NCBI RefSeq assembly: GCF_036321535.1
Contig: NC_087439.1
Coordinates: 2,852,001-2,916,000, forward strand
Reading direction: 5' to 3'
From: Camelus dromedarius
Lineage: Eukaryota
Length of the DNA: 64,000 nt
Shown piece after piece: positions 37,178 to 50,397 of the stretch. Each line of letters begins with the position of its first letter. Position 1 is the stretch's first letter. The notes below the pieces were generated by a model. The model was not told the DNA's origin. It saw nothing but the letters and a program-made list of their open reading frames with translations, and searched no databases. A program made the position numbers and the translations under genes.

Positions 37178-38520
37178 TGCTACAAGGTATATACCCTACC
37201 TTGGGAGGGAAAAGCAAGCACCTCTCCCAAGGGGCTGTGGAGGGCACCAGAGAGCTTGGTGAGATCTATGGGGCGCAGGGCACGACCTTCCCTGGTCTGG
37301 AAGAAGGGGAGGGCCAGCTGAACAGGGAAAGGTCTCCTCAGAGAACTGGGTCCGCCCCCAGCCCACAGGCTGCTCTCCTAAGGAAGCTTAGCTGCCCAGG
37401 CCAACTCTGGCTCACTAACAGGTATGCCAGGATGGGCTTGAGTCTTAAGTGTTGCCCCAGCCAGGTCCTTCCAAACCCCAAACAATGGGGAGGGGCAAAA
37501 AAATAATTTTTTTTAAATATTAAAAGAAATCAGTCCTGGAATTATTTGAGGGCAACTCCAGTCTACACTTTGGAGAACCACTGGTCTGGAACTGTAAGGG
37601 TGCTTTTCACCTCAGCAAAACAAAACGCTCTGCTGTTCGAGCCAATGGATCAAAATCATGAAATCTGTTACAGGGGTGGGCTGGAGGCCATTGTGTACGT
37701 ATGCTGAAATGGATTATTTACTCCTCAGCTACCTGCAATAAAGCAACAACACTCCTCCCCGAAGATTCAACCTCCATATTGACAGAGAAAAAACTAGCAT
37801 CTAAGAAGTAAATCGCCTTAATCCACGTCAGCTGAATGAGGAATAAAGATACAACTTTCTTTTTAATCTGACATCTATACTGTATATACTGTAAATCCTT
37901 TGGCGACGCTTGGAAACACACTAGCCTTTTAGGACTGGAGCAGCTTGGGAGCAGAGAAATGGGTGCAAAGACCTGCTTAATTATTTATTATAATATTTGT
38001 TTCCCATCCATCGGGGTATTTTAAAAAGTGAAACAAGACATAATGAGCCTTGTCATACAGTTTCGTAATAGTTTATAGTCATAAAAAGAAATATGATACT
38101 TACTTTGCTGGGATGGTACCGTTTATCAACTCACAGAATTTAAAGAACAATGTAATGGTGTCTCCAAAGCAACTTCAAATTTTCATAACTCTAGGAAAGA
38201 AAAGCAAGGGTATTTTAAACAATCTATTTTTCTATCATTTTCAGCTTAACAAACTAGAGGCTAGAATTGCTCTAAAGCAGTTTATAATTGTACTGTTCGC
38301 ACTTAGATTTATTAGGCTCCAAATACAAGTTAACATACAGACGGAAAGCACTTTATCCCACTTAAAATCAAAACCCCTACAAGGCTGGTGACTAGGCAGT
38401 AACAGCGGGGGCCAGTTGCTATGGACATTCGTTGTCAGTGGAAGCTTCCCACCGACAGAACCTAAATTGTACCCATAATTCTAGATGCAAAGCCATCTGA
38501 GTGCTGAAAAACAAGGCTTT

Positions 38521-38730
38521 TTTTTAAAAACACCTTTATTATGGTATGATTTTGTACAGTAAACTACACATATTTCAGATGTACAATTTGAAAAATTTTA
38601 ATAAATGTATACACCAATGAAACCACAATCAAGATAGCTAACATTTTCATCTCTCCCCAAGATGTACAAGTGTCGAATTCCTTATTTATCCCTTCCCACC
38701 CACTTTACCTCTGGTAACCACAAGTTTCAA
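38521..38730 (-). mobile_element. L1 3' end fragment (L1MB/MC-type)
   Basis: ctttattatggtatgattttgtacagtaaactacacatatttcagatgtacaattt..aaaccacaatcaagatag. Confidence 0.7.
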
Positions 38731-39620
38731 TTATCACCCATTAGTGTGGACATACTGCTTGTTAAAATACTTCCACATCGCTTGGTAAAGAGCTGATTCT
38801 GGCAGCCCCCTCTCTAGGACTTTTCTCCAATTTGATTACTAAAAGCACATCCTAAGGCCCCCCCCAAACTCTCCTTCTTCTGTATGGCAACAAATATGAG
38901 ACTATGAAAGGTCAATCTGGTGACAGTCTAACACAATGAATTGCTATGAAGAGGAAGTTGTGTGGTTGGACTTTGAGTAATAACTAAGATGTGGCTACAA
39001 AAGAACGTTGTTCTTCTTGTGCAGCAGGTAGTGGTTCCTGAAAGCAATCCCAAAAGGAGACACTCCTACTTTGATCAGCTTCATAAAACTAAGATAGGAA
39101 ATATTTTATAAATATTAATGTTATTTAACATAAAGCACTTCACTAAAAAATTTTGTTCCCTTCCAATCTATAGACATCTTCTTCTTTAACTTCACTAACC
39201 ACTGAAACAGATCTGTCCCGTAACTAGGCATCTGACCCTTCAATTAACACTAGAGAAATATCAAGAAGACCAGCAAGTCAGAAGACAGGGTTGACCTCCA
39301 GCTCCAGGAAAAAGACCCTTTATGCGCCAAGACACTCCTAGGCCCTAGACCAGTCTAGGACTGAAGGGCCAAAAACACCACCTGAGTCAACTCTGATCTC
39401 CTCCAAGGACCTCCACCAGCACAGAAGCTAGGGACCACTCAGGGGTGGAACTTCCTTAGAACAAGAAAATTATGTCTCCTCTCCAAACATCACGTGTAGG
39501 CAATCACTTCCCCTCCTCCACTACACCCCATTCAACAACATACAACCACCAGCACCACCTTTACGTGAAATGAAAAGAGCCTATTAGAACCTTGGCCATC
39601 TCTAATTTATTCCTGTAGAT

Positions 39621-39943
39621 CAGGGTTGTCCAAAAACAACCCAAAATGTGAGCTGTGTGGTATAGTTTTAAATTTCTACTAGCCACATTTCAAAAGTGGA
39701 AAGAAAAGTGAAATTAATTTTTGTAGTATTTTACTTAACACCATACATTCACAGTATTATCATTTTGACAAGTAATCAATATAAGTAATTATTATTAATG
39801 AGTTATTTTTCTTTCTTAAAAGTGTCTTCAAAATTCTGTATTTTACAAGCTTAGAGGACATCTCCATTTGGACTAGTCACATTTCAAGCACTCAATAGCC
39901 AATAGCCACACGTGGTGAATGATCCCTGAATTGGACAACACAG
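39621..39943 (+). mobile_element. MER33 hAT-Charlie MITE
   Basis: cagggttgtcca..tagccacatt..gtgaaattaatttt..ggactagtcacatttcaagcactcaatagcc..ttggacaacacag. Confidence 0.85.
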
Positions 39944-39951
39944 TTTCAGAC

Positions 39952-40245
39952 CAGGGGTCCATAAATGGTGACCAGCATGAGCCAAGAATGGTTACTGCAT
40001 TTCTAACTGGCTGGAAAAAATCAAAAGAAGAATATTTCATGACATGTGAAAATTATATGCAATTCAAACTTCCATGTCCATAAATAAAACCGCACCGAAT
40101 CACAGCCACTTTCACATGCATGCTGTCTGTGGCTGCCTCGTGCTGCAATGGCAAAGCTGAGCACTGATGACAGAGGCCTATGGCCCACAGAGCATAAAAT
40201 AGTATTACAGGAAACGTACGAAGAAAAAAACCTTGCTGATCCCTG
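39952..40245 (+). mobile_element. MER58B-like hAT-Charlie MITE
   Basis: caggggtcc..aatcaaaagaagaatatttcatgacatgtgaaaattatatg..tatggcccacagagc..gctgatccctg; flanks tttcagac / tttcagtt. Confidence 0.85.
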
Positions 40246-41979
40246 TTTCAGTTGATCATGATGCCGTATGAGATGTGCGGCCCTTGTGCCACAAAGTTTA
40301 AGCCAACGATTTTCCAGAATTTTTACTGCCTGAATGAGACACCATCTCAAAAAGTAACAGAATTTAGACACAAAAGCTCGTGTATAACCTCAAAACAGCT
40401 ATTCAAAGTACAACTAATACTGGGCTCCTATGCCTTCTGCACCCATCTTCCTTTTTCTCCATGCAACAAAATAGTTGGGTCACGCACTATTTACATCTAC
40501 ATGTTTCCAACTACGATACTATGAATCTGGCACCTGCAGAAGAGGACTTACCAGTGCCGACCAAATGAAAAACATGGGAAATAACTGAGTTTATGCTTTA
40601 AAAACATTTTTTTTAAAACTTTAAATACGTTATAATCATAACAAAGTAGAAAAAGAGAATAATTGTGCATAAGAAAGACTAGCATAATGAGACTATAGGT
40701 GATCTTTTTCCTAGACATAATGAACTTTTGTAACTTTCACTTTTACAAAGAAAAACGTTTAGACCTTTAAGAAACACCAGGATTTTACTTTTACTGGAGT
40801 TTTTTACTTTAAATAATACATCTCTTAGAAATTTCCCTTATTTGTATGGAAAGTAATAAATATGTTTTCCTTCAAAATAAGTTGAAAAACTTTTAACTAT
40901 ATTCTGAAACCTGAAATGACTGATAATATGCCTGGTCCTATTGGGAGAAAGGGAAAAAAAAAGACAAGAAAACATACTAATTCTTATCTAATTATTTTGC
41001 TTGCTTACTTACCTCACAAAAAGACTTAGCAAAAATTTAATTACATTTATAATTATTTAGTGAACAAAATTATTTATTTTAATTTGTAAGTTTATTTTCA
41101 GTCATCCACAACACAAAGTCTGTGAGATTTCATGAGTTTTTCTTCCCAATCCACTAACATAAAAAGGTGTCTTGCCTCTACAACTCACTGCAGGTCACTG
41201 AAAACAAACTAGTTAATCTGACTTCTGTCATTGGTGAAATGAGAATGAGATTAAATTAGATAATTTAGGAAGCAAGGATAACAAATGTCAAACTAACAGG
41301 AAATAACTTCAAATTTGTTTTGGATATCACTATCAAAGAAATCCAGTGGAGAAAATAAAGTTACACATTTATCAAGTATTTTAAAATAGTCTAGGATACA
41401 AAATCATCATGGACCAAGACCCTTTATCTTCCTAATTCCTTAAATTATTTTCTACTGTAACCCTTAAATCAATACACTCTACTGTAACAGACACTGTTAA
41501 TTTCCTTTTCCAAGATCAACAAGAAAATGTGCGGCCTACTATTACTTTTCCCAAATTCTCGTATTTCTATCTGTCCATTCTAAATCATAGTTAACACATT
41601 AAATAGAACCACTTCAAAATAGCTAAGAAATTCCACTCATGATTGTGTATTCCATTCTGATTCCAAGTTTATAAAAGCAAATACACAAATGCAGTCACAA
41701 GATTTAAAAAAAAAAAAAACCATAAAGGAATTGTACATCACCTAAGCTAACATGATATAAATCAAGTGTACATCAATAAAAATTAATTACAATTTAATAA
41801 ATAAATAAACTATACACGAACAAGTAACTTTTTAATCCTAAAAGAAGGATACAGTTCGTTTCAATGTATAAGACAAATATAAATAGTCGACCAGTGCCTC
41901 CCTCCTTCCTGCCTAAAATGCCCACTCCTCCCACCGAGGAGGGAGCGCTAGGGGCTGCTTTCCTGACCGCCAAACCCTC

Positions 41980-43160
41980 CCCCAAGAAGCCCCGCCAGTT
42001 CCCAGCTCGCCCACCTCCCCTGGTCCCCAATCGCGCTGCACCACTCGGGAGACTTCTGCAGCCAGCCCGGCCCGCCGCCCGCCCGCGACCCCCGCGCTGC
42101 CCCGGGATTCCAGGCGCCTTCTACCCCAACCCCGCCGCTGCGGCGCCCTCCTGCCCGCGCCTCGCGCAGCCAGCCGGGTCCTAGCACCCGGTATAATTGA
42201 CTCCTCCCGCCTCCCAGCCGCAGCCCACGCCCCGTGCACGCAGCCCAGGCTCCCAGCGCCTTCCATCCATTCCCAGGAGTGGTCGGCCTACCTGCCCGCG
42301 CTGGGCAGGGAGAGGGGGTGCAGTTTGCTGCCACCCCCATCCCCTCGTGCTGCCTAGCCTGAGCGGGGAGCGCAGCCCCTGGGCGGCCGGCGCCCCCTCC
42401 CAGGTTTCCTCGGGTCCCCAAGCTAGCGGGGCCAAGAGAAAAGAATCACCTCTCCGCGAAGCCCCGTTCGCTGCTCGCTCCCGCACCCGTGGGAGCCTCG
42501 GGTGCCGGGGCCCCGCGCAAGGCTGCCCCGGGGTCCCCGCCCCCCACCCAGCCGCCCTCGCGGAGCCCCAGCTGTCCTTCTCGCCGCGCAGCCCTCGCCC
42601 CACCCCCAACCCCCAAAGGCTCCCGCGACCCGCGCTGGGTCCCCTCGCGGCTTTGGCTCAGCGGCTCGCACCTTCCTCAGCGTAGACATCCTCGGGCACT
42701 CCAGTTCAGCAGGTGCCTGGGGACATGGCCCGACCGCACCTCAGTCAGCCAGCCCAGGGATCCTCGCCGCCGCCGCCGCTCTGACCCACTGGGGCTCTTT
42801 GCACCACTGGGCTTATCGACTGGCGCCTGCGCACTGGGCGCCCGGAGAGGCACCGCCCACGGAGCACAGTGGGGGAGGCCGCGGGAGACATCTGCAGAGG
42901 GGCGGGGCTCGCGCCTGCGGGAGCGCCAGGCCTCGCATCCGTTACCCCCGCAGGCACGTTCACCCTGGCCGCTTGGCAGGCACGACTGGGGAGCGCGCGC
43001 ACCTCACGGCCCACCAACTATTGCGTGGGGAACGGCGAGTAAGGCGGGTAAAGCGGGGGTCTCCGGGCGCCGGAGGATGCCACTGCGTGCCCGCCGCCCC
43101 CGTGCGCGGTGCCTCCCGGGGCGCCCAGTGCGCCGGCGCCAGCCGTAAGGCCCCACGGTG
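41980..43160. promoter_or_regulatory. CpG island promoter
   Basis: Dense CpG over ~1.2 kb; NRF1 motif GCGCCTGCGCA 42823-42833 and near-copy 42911-42920; GC box GGGGCGGGGC 42899-42908; (CGC)5 at 42765-42779. Confidence 0.9.
42672..42800 (-). other. Candidate first exon of an unidentified minus-strand gene
   Basis: Just downstream of the NRF1 site on the minus strand: gagcggcggcggcggcgagg.., donors GAG|GTGCGG (42740) and AAG|GTGCGA (42672); ATG at 42689 with A at -3 gives MSTLRK before the second donor. Confidence 0.4.
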
Positions 43161-44109
43161 CAAGGTGTGTGTGTCTATGGAGGTGTGTGTATATAGAGTT
43201 GTGTGTCTTCACCAGGTGTGTTTCGTTCGAGTTGCACAAAGCAGCGTTCTAATTTGCAACAGCACGGGATTTTTTTTCCTCCTTTATCTTAAAATAAGTG
43301 TCTGAAATTTGAAAAAGTCATCTGAAAATTGTGACATCATTTTGCAGAACGTCGATCCCCCATGTAGACTATCGATTGCCTCATTCTGTTCGCCATCTCT
43401 AAAGTGGAGCTGGTCTAAGGAGTGTCCTCTATGCTGGCCGCAACCCCATATAAATAAACCAGTTTAACGCCATTTTCCGTCCTCAAAAATAAAGCGTGTC
43501 CCTGCTCAGTGAACCCGAGAGCAGCAACTGTATGAAACCATGTTTATCGCCGGCATCGCTTAAGCGCCCTGTAGACTGGGCCCACAGAGGGCTCCAGCAG
43601 AAGCAAGGAATTGTCTGATTAAGGCGCTGGCCAAGGAAGGCCAGGTGGATAGCAGTGCCAGCGGCCGCGCAGTCTCCAGGCGGGTGGAAAGCCAGGCCCC
43701 AGGACTGGGTGGGGGTGGGGCGGGCGGACTGTAAGTGGGGCTGAGTGCTCACGCCAGGGGGTCCCTGCGAAGCTGACTCCTTCAAGAAACAGGGCGCCCA
43801 GATGGCAGAACTCTTAATTATTTCACTCAAAGGAGTGATTATGTTCCACTGAAGTAACACTGCTTATGTAACTTATTTTCACACGAGATGAACGGTGGGG
43901 ATTGAGAAATCGGTTTCCCTTTACTATTACCATTGAGTCTTCCATGAGACAGGGGTCACGGGTGGACATGGCTCACCCTCCATGGGCATGGCCACGCCTG
44001 CTGTGTAACTGATGCTCGGCATCTGGGACCGGGATGTTGGACTCAGCGCCCTCTGCCAGCCTCCATCTCAGAGCGTTTGGTCCTGCCTGGCATCCTCTGC
44101 GGGTCCTTG

Positions 44110-44370
44110 CTTTGCCTGCCAGTGATCTGTGTCCCCACTAGAGAGGAATCCCCTCATTGGAAGGGGCCTTGTCAGGTTTTTCCACCATTGAAAAGTTGAC
44201 ATCTCTGAGATTGCCTGACACACAGTAGGTGCTCTGTAAATCTTAGCTGAATAAAGGAATGCGTCATCTTATTTGTGAGATAAACCTCCCTGGTGGGCAG
44301 TATTACCTCCATTTTATAGATGAGAAAACTGAGTTTCAAAGAAGGAAATGTGCTCAAGGTCCCACCCATC
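44110..44370 (+). mobile_element. L2 3' end followed by MIR fragment
   Basis: gcctgacacacagtaggtgctctgtaaatcttagctgaataaaggaatg then attacctccattttatagatgagaaaactgag. Confidence 0.6.
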
Positions 44371-46589
44371 CTCTTTTATCTTCTGTGTTTAAAGTTAATA
44401 CTGTCAATTACCCATGCCCTAAAGTGATCAAATCCAATTGAATTCTTTACTCCGACCGTGCCCTTTCTTGTGAACACACATTCAAGGTTAAACGATTTTA
44501 TGAAAATAAAATCTTGGATACTCCCATAGAGTAAACCCTTCATTTAACAGATGTAAAGAAATACTAGTGCTGTTAGGTTCCCTTCTGTTCTGTCATCACT
44601 CAGGCCAGGAACTGGTCCTTTCTCCATGACTGAATTGAGTTCAAAATCTGCAAGATCAGAATCTCAGAAATTTAGGATAGACGCACAAGGCCTTCCCAAA
44701 AACACAGCAAGTCTTCTTTTACTTCCTTTATTTTGACTACTATAATTTTTTTAGGGAAAAAAGGAAGGTAGACTGTCCCTCTAAAGTGATTTTTTTTAAA
44801 TCATGTTTTAGGTTTAAAACAAACTAAAAGCGCTCTGATAAAGCACTGCTGAGCCAGGAGTGTTCACTGCCCACCTAAGCTCACACGCACACGGGCGCTC
44901 AGGTGAGTATGCACACACGCCCAATTCGTTCTTAGATGTATCTTTTCTGCTAAAAAATTTTATGTTACGCATTTATTACGTTTCCTAAGAATCTTACAAA
45001 TCTTAATGTTGAATAGCTTAATACTTGTGAAGTTTTCACCAAAGCTACTAACTTGTTGTCATATCCTTCCTGTCAATGTCACCGGCTATTCTTGAGTGAT
45101 GACACACTCTTCTCACTCCCAAATACAATTGTTTATAGGAAAAAGTGGCTTTTGGAAGGAGGCAAGTTCAAAACCACAAAGGATCCTTGCAGGTGACCAC
45201 TTGAGTGAGGGGTCAGGTGGGGCCAAGGGCAGGGTCTCATCTCCCAGGGAAGCTGCTTGCACGCCTGAACGGCACTTCATCTGCTGCGCTCAGTCCGATC
45301 CCCATCCTACACGCTGATTAAAACCACGAAAACAACACTTCACGGCCCACGAGCAAGTATCCCTCGCAGTCTGTGCAGAATCACAGTCCAGTAAACAGGC
45401 GCACCTCTGGCTAGGATGCCGGCCTCCAGAAAGTCACAGGAGCCCAATTCGGGGCCAAGAGTGGGATGGCCCAGCCCTCCCGCAGGTCGCTCGGCCCCAG
45501 GACAAGACGTCCAAAGGCCCGCGGAGGCAGGCAGATTCCAGGACAAGGCGTTCATTCCGAAATGCCTGTTCCCACCCAGGCGGTGCCCTGCATTGAAAGG
45601 GGCCCCGCCAGCGCTGCCCTCTGGAAGTTTCTGCCCCTGGGTCAACAGGGACTCTGGTCTTCAACAAAGAAGATCGGACAAACCAATTCATGAGGAGGTG
45701 TTGGTTACTGATAAGTACTTAATGCGGGAGTCTTCTTAGGAGTTTTGCGTCGTCATAATAGGAGCCATCCCTTAACTGAAGGCAATGAATTTCTAATGGT
45801 GGTCGCTCCAGGGTGTTAAAAATGAAATTTCAGGGTGTTGCTTCGAGGATTGAAACCCTAATCCAAAAGGCATTTCAAGTGCTTCCTCTGTATCCATTCA
45901 ACTGGATCTCAAAAACACATGAACATCTTACAAAAGATACTGTTCACTTTTCACCCTCATAAACAGTAAATTGGACCCCTGTTTTATGCTGTGACTTCTG
46001 ATTCTGGGGTCCCTACTTCCCCCCACTCTGTCTTGCCGCTCTTGGAAGCAGACTTTGCAGACCAGCGAGGAAGCGGGGCGTAGCAGGGAGTTAGCGAGGC
46101 TCCCCATCTGCGTTTTTACCAGGCTGGATGCAGTCGGCAAAGGTCCACCTTTTAAAGAACCAGCATCTTCCAACACTTTTGTTTTATTGTTTTCATGGCC
46201 AGTCATTCGTGAGGATTTCTTTGTGATGAAACAGGTTCTGATTGATTTTTCTGTTGAGGGCCGTTCTCTGCTACTGTGGTCATGTGTGGCATGTGTACTT
46301 ACATGTGTGTGCACAGGGGTGTGTGGCGTGTCCTGTGTGGGAAGGACACACTAAGGACAATGACCTCAGTGGTATATGCCCCTCCTCAGATTTTAGTCTT
46401 TGTCACGGTCCCCCCTGTCCCCACTGTGGTCCCCCAGCACAGAGGGTGGGACAGGCCTGCTTTGCCCTGTGTTTTTAGAGTCACTGCTTATAGTACTCCA
46501 AGGCCAACACCAATTCCAGCCAAGACCCCATTTTCCATTCATGACATGGGGACCCAAACACCCACTTGGGGTGCAATTACACGGATTCA

Positions 46590-46910
46590 GAAGAGAGGAC
46601 GTGGCTGAAGGTGGTCGGAGGGTATGAACGCCCAGTTATAAGGTGAGTCAGCTCCGGGGACATACTCGCGGCTCGGTGACCACAGTTAACAACGTGCTAC
46701 TGTGTTTCTGAAATCTGCTGAGAGCCGATCCTAAACATTTTCATCACAAGAAAAACAAATACATAACGATGTGAATGGCCGGATGTCCACTACACCACCT
46801 TGTGGTGACCATTTCGCAGTACACATTTGTATCAAGTCACCATGTTGTGCCCCTTAAACTTATACAATGTTATATGGCAGTTTTATCTCAATAAAACTGA
46901 AAAAAAAAAT
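46590..46910 (+). mobile_element. L1 3' end (L1MA/MB-type)
   Basis: gagggtatgaacgcccagttataagg..cacagttaacaac..atcaagtcaccatgttgtgccccttaaacttatacaatgttatatggc..aataaaactgaaaaaa. Confidence 0.8.
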
Positions 46911-48358
46911 TTTAAAACTAAAACGAGGCAGAGGATGAAAACCGCCCACAGCCTTTGGCTGCAATCCCCAGGCCTCTGCCCCCCCGGGACCCGCATCACC
47001 AGGTTAGAGCAACTTCCACAACTGACAGCCAGGCCCAGGGCTGCTGTGTGTCTGCCTGGGGACCCTGAGGACAGGATGCCCAGGCTGGGAGCCGTCGCAG
47101 GTCGCACTGTAGCCTTGAGGTCTGCAAGCCCCACAGACGAGCTCTGAGGGAGTTTCTGGGAAAAGCCAAAAGTAATTTTGCTCATGAGAAGTCCTAAATT
47201 ACCGCTGATAGTGCAGTTAACTTCCCAGAGATCTGTGCATACGGAATGGAGATCCAACAGCTTTCTAATGAAAGAAGTGAGAACCCTCCACCCAAGGCTC
47301 AAGGTTCCAAGCCTGGCTTCACCACCCCCATGCTTCGCCAGGTGGCCCCTGGGGGGCCCCTGGTGCTGATCACCTTGGACTCATCCTCAACCTCAGTGCA
47401 CCTGGGGTCCCCAGACCGTTAGCACTGTGTCATTATTAATGCACTTTAAGAGGTTGTCTGATTGCAAAGAAGAGAGAATCAGAGCAGAGAGGGGAGGCAG
47501 AGATGAGAATAAGGTTGTTATTGGTTAAAACAGTAGGAGTCTTGAGGGGAGGCTTGTGGGGACACGGAGACAGGAGCCCCCGGCCTGGGGGTGCCATCCT
47601 GGTCCTCTCTCCTTGGGCACCACGTGCTGTGCTTGGCCAGCAAGTGATTCTGTTCCTGTATTTCAGGACCAGCCTCCGACCAGGCCAGTGGGATCCTAAG
47701 CCCCAGTCGGTCTGCGAGGCGCTCGATCCGTTTGTCTGTTTCTCCATCCAGCTGCCTCGTTGCTCCACTAACTTTCTCACCAGGGCTCCGCTGTTCAGCG
47801 ACATTGGGCCCAGCGAGGCGGAGCCACATCTGGAGAAGCTCATCTGTCCTGACTGGGCTCCAGTGACACCCGCGGGGCCGCGATCCTGGTTTGCCCACTC
47901 ACGTCCCTCCTCGCCGCCTTCCCCAAGACAAGTCTAGATGATCTGTGCCAATTTCATGAGGCACGGAGCCCGTTCTACGTGGCTGTGTTCCTACCGAGCT
48001 GCCTGCACAGCTCACGCACCCGTGTCTGTCAAAACCCATGTCCCTCCCTCGCGCGGGCTCCGATGGTGTGATGGGCACGCAGGTCTCAGCCACGGGGTGT
48101 TGGGACGCATGGTGCGGTTTTCTACAGGAGCATCTCAGGACCACGCTGCAGTCACCCACAGTGCTCCGAACCACCACGTGGGCCACAAGGACCCCTGGAC
48201 ACCAGAGACTCTCAGAAGTCAGTGTGGGAGAAGACGACGGGAAAGGGGTCAAGAGAAGATCTAGTTCATATGTCTGTGCTCAGTTCCCATCTGAGCCGCA
48301 CATCCTCCGAGTGCCCCGGGCAGATGCTTCAGTGCCAAGTTTCTTCCGTGAATACTTA

Positions 48359-48691
48359 CGGTTGACCCTTGAACCACACGGGTTTGAACTGCGTGGGTCC
48401 ACTTAGACATGGGTTCTTCTTCATAGATTCACATACGTGCTGTAAATGTATTTTCTCTTCCTTCTGGTTTGCTTAATACCATTTGCTTTTCTCTAGCTTA
48501 CTTGACTGGGAGGATACAGTGTATAACACATATACAAAAGATGTGTTAACAGACTGTTTATGTTATCAGTGAGGCTCTGGTCAACAGTGGACCATTAGTG
48601 GTCACGTTTCTGGGGAGTCAAACGGTAAACATGAATTTGCAGTTACGTGGGGGTCAGTGCCCCAATCCCTGCCTTACTCCAGGGTCAACTG
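48359..48691 (+). mobile_element. Tigger2a/MER28-like TcMar MITE
   Basis: TIRs cggttgacccttgaa ... cagggtcaactg, flanked by TA on both sides (48357-58, 48692-93). Confidence 0.9.
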
Positions 48692-49354
48692 TACGTCAAG
48701 GGAGAGAGAATGAGAAATAGGGTTCTTCACTGTTTAAGAAAGAAGAGGCATTCTAGATCACTCCTCCAGATGTCCTGAGCCTTCACAACAAAAGTCAGCA
48801 CCACTTCTGATCGTTTACAGATCACATCAGGTAATTTGTGTGTCAACAATTCTCCCCAAATCATAGCTATTGGTTTTTAATTACCACGATGTCTGAAGCT
48901 TGGTTTCTTTCCTAATTTTGTGACCAAATATTCTGCAGGGAGTCATCTTTGAAACCAAGAAATATGCCTCGAACTCCATAAACAGGTACACTTGAAAATG
49001 CAGTGTCTACCTCATGAAATACTCTCATAAGGCATTCATAACACAAAAGAAATTCTCATTTTACTATGTATCAGAAATGACAGGCTGAGGGTGACCTCCC
49101 CGTTAGTAATTCATTTTGTTCTTAGTTAAGTTTTGCCCTTGAGGCAAAGGGAGATAAAAATAAAGAAAATGGTGCTAGTTAAATGTTTGGATCTTTAAAC
49201 GTACATAACTGTAGTGGGTGACCCGAAACTTCTGCAGTGAGTTTAGTGACACATTGTCATTCATCATCTTTATCTAAAATGTGCTTTTATCTATATGTGT
49301 CCTTAAACATTAATATTTAAGACCTGCATTTTCTCCATTTTTCAGATAGGCCTT

Positions 49355-49465
49355 TCTACTCAAACTGTTGTCCTGGGGTCATGAGCATCCATCCACCTTG
49401 GGGGTCAGTTAGACGAGCAGAATCTCAGGTCCCACCCCAGACCTTCTGAACCAGAAGAAGATCTT
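49355..49465 (+). mobile_element. MER5A-like hAT fragment
   Basis: gcagaatctcaggtcccaccccagaccttctgaaccagaa. Confidence 0.6.
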
Positions 49466-50299
49466 GGCAACCAGCGTCCACTCTCAGCTGAGAGGCCCTA
49501 GCTTCCACCACAGTTCTGTCTTCCAGCCGTAAAGAAAGTGGGCATCCTACCTGCTCTGCACCTGGGATGTTTCCTCATCAGCATCTTCAGGAGGAACAGC
49601 AGCAAGCATCGTCTTGAGACCCACCATCTCCTTTCCCAATTGTCTTGCCAATTAAGTGACTTCTTGGCCACAGTCGTCTACAAGGAGCAGCCACCTTCTC
49701 ATCTCAGCCAATCGCTTGTATCGTCCCCAATTCCGTAAATTATTAAAGCCACGTCTTCCAGCTCCCTGATCTCTTCCCGTTACTCGCTGAAATGTACATC
49801 TCTCTTCTTTCTGCCAAACCAGTTTCGCCATGTTCTTTGGGGCAGAGAAGACAGAAAGGAAAGATACTGGGAAGAGGTCAATGTGCCAGTGATTAATGAG
49901 CTTTCATTTAAATTCCATGTGAAGTAAAGAGTTGACTGGATGAAAATGACGTCTTTTGGAACCAGCGAGAGCAAACTGGAGAAGACTTCCCAGTGCCCTT
50001 CCCCTCATCAGCTGGGACCTCAGTGTCTGCAGGCCAGCCTCCGACATCACATCTTACATACTAATGCACATGGATACTCCTTGTAAGTGTGTCTGGGCTC
50101 TGTGTGTGTGTTGTGCGTGTGCTTCCATATTCACTTTGTTTTTGCCTACAAGTGTATGCCATTAAACGTTGAACCCACTTGTTGAGAGCAAGTGGTCATC
50201 TTACTATAAGCTTCCTCCTGTGACGGGGCTGGTACTTCATAGTGTGTTTCAAGCATTTTTATTCTTACATAGAATGCGGATGGCCTGTTCGCATCAAAA

Positions 50300-50397
50300 A
50301 TTCTTGTGGAATATATGTATGTACAATGAAAAATGATGCTCTACACCAGAGAGTGACACAGTATTGTACACTGACTATACTTCAGTTTAAAAAAAAG
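50300..50397 (+). mobile_element. Short L1 3' tail
   Basis: gctctacaccagagagtgacacagtattgtacactgactatacttcagtttaaaaaaaa. Confidence 0.6.

Noticed and set aside
32175-41200. Scattered minus-strand GTAAGT donors in the AT-rich region (about 32175, 32345, 40550, 41010)
   Set aside because: Frequency is compatible with chance in AT-rich DNA and they could not be chained into a recognisable reading frame.
42181-43305. Overlapping 142-267 aa ORFs on both strands
   Set aside because: Pro/Arg/Gly/Ala-rich translations expected from a stop-poor CpG island; no domain recognised.
47503-47937. 144-aa ORF behind a good acceptor
   Set aside because: No protein recognised; the SWF-containing stretch may be a decayed L2 reverse-transcriptase remnant.
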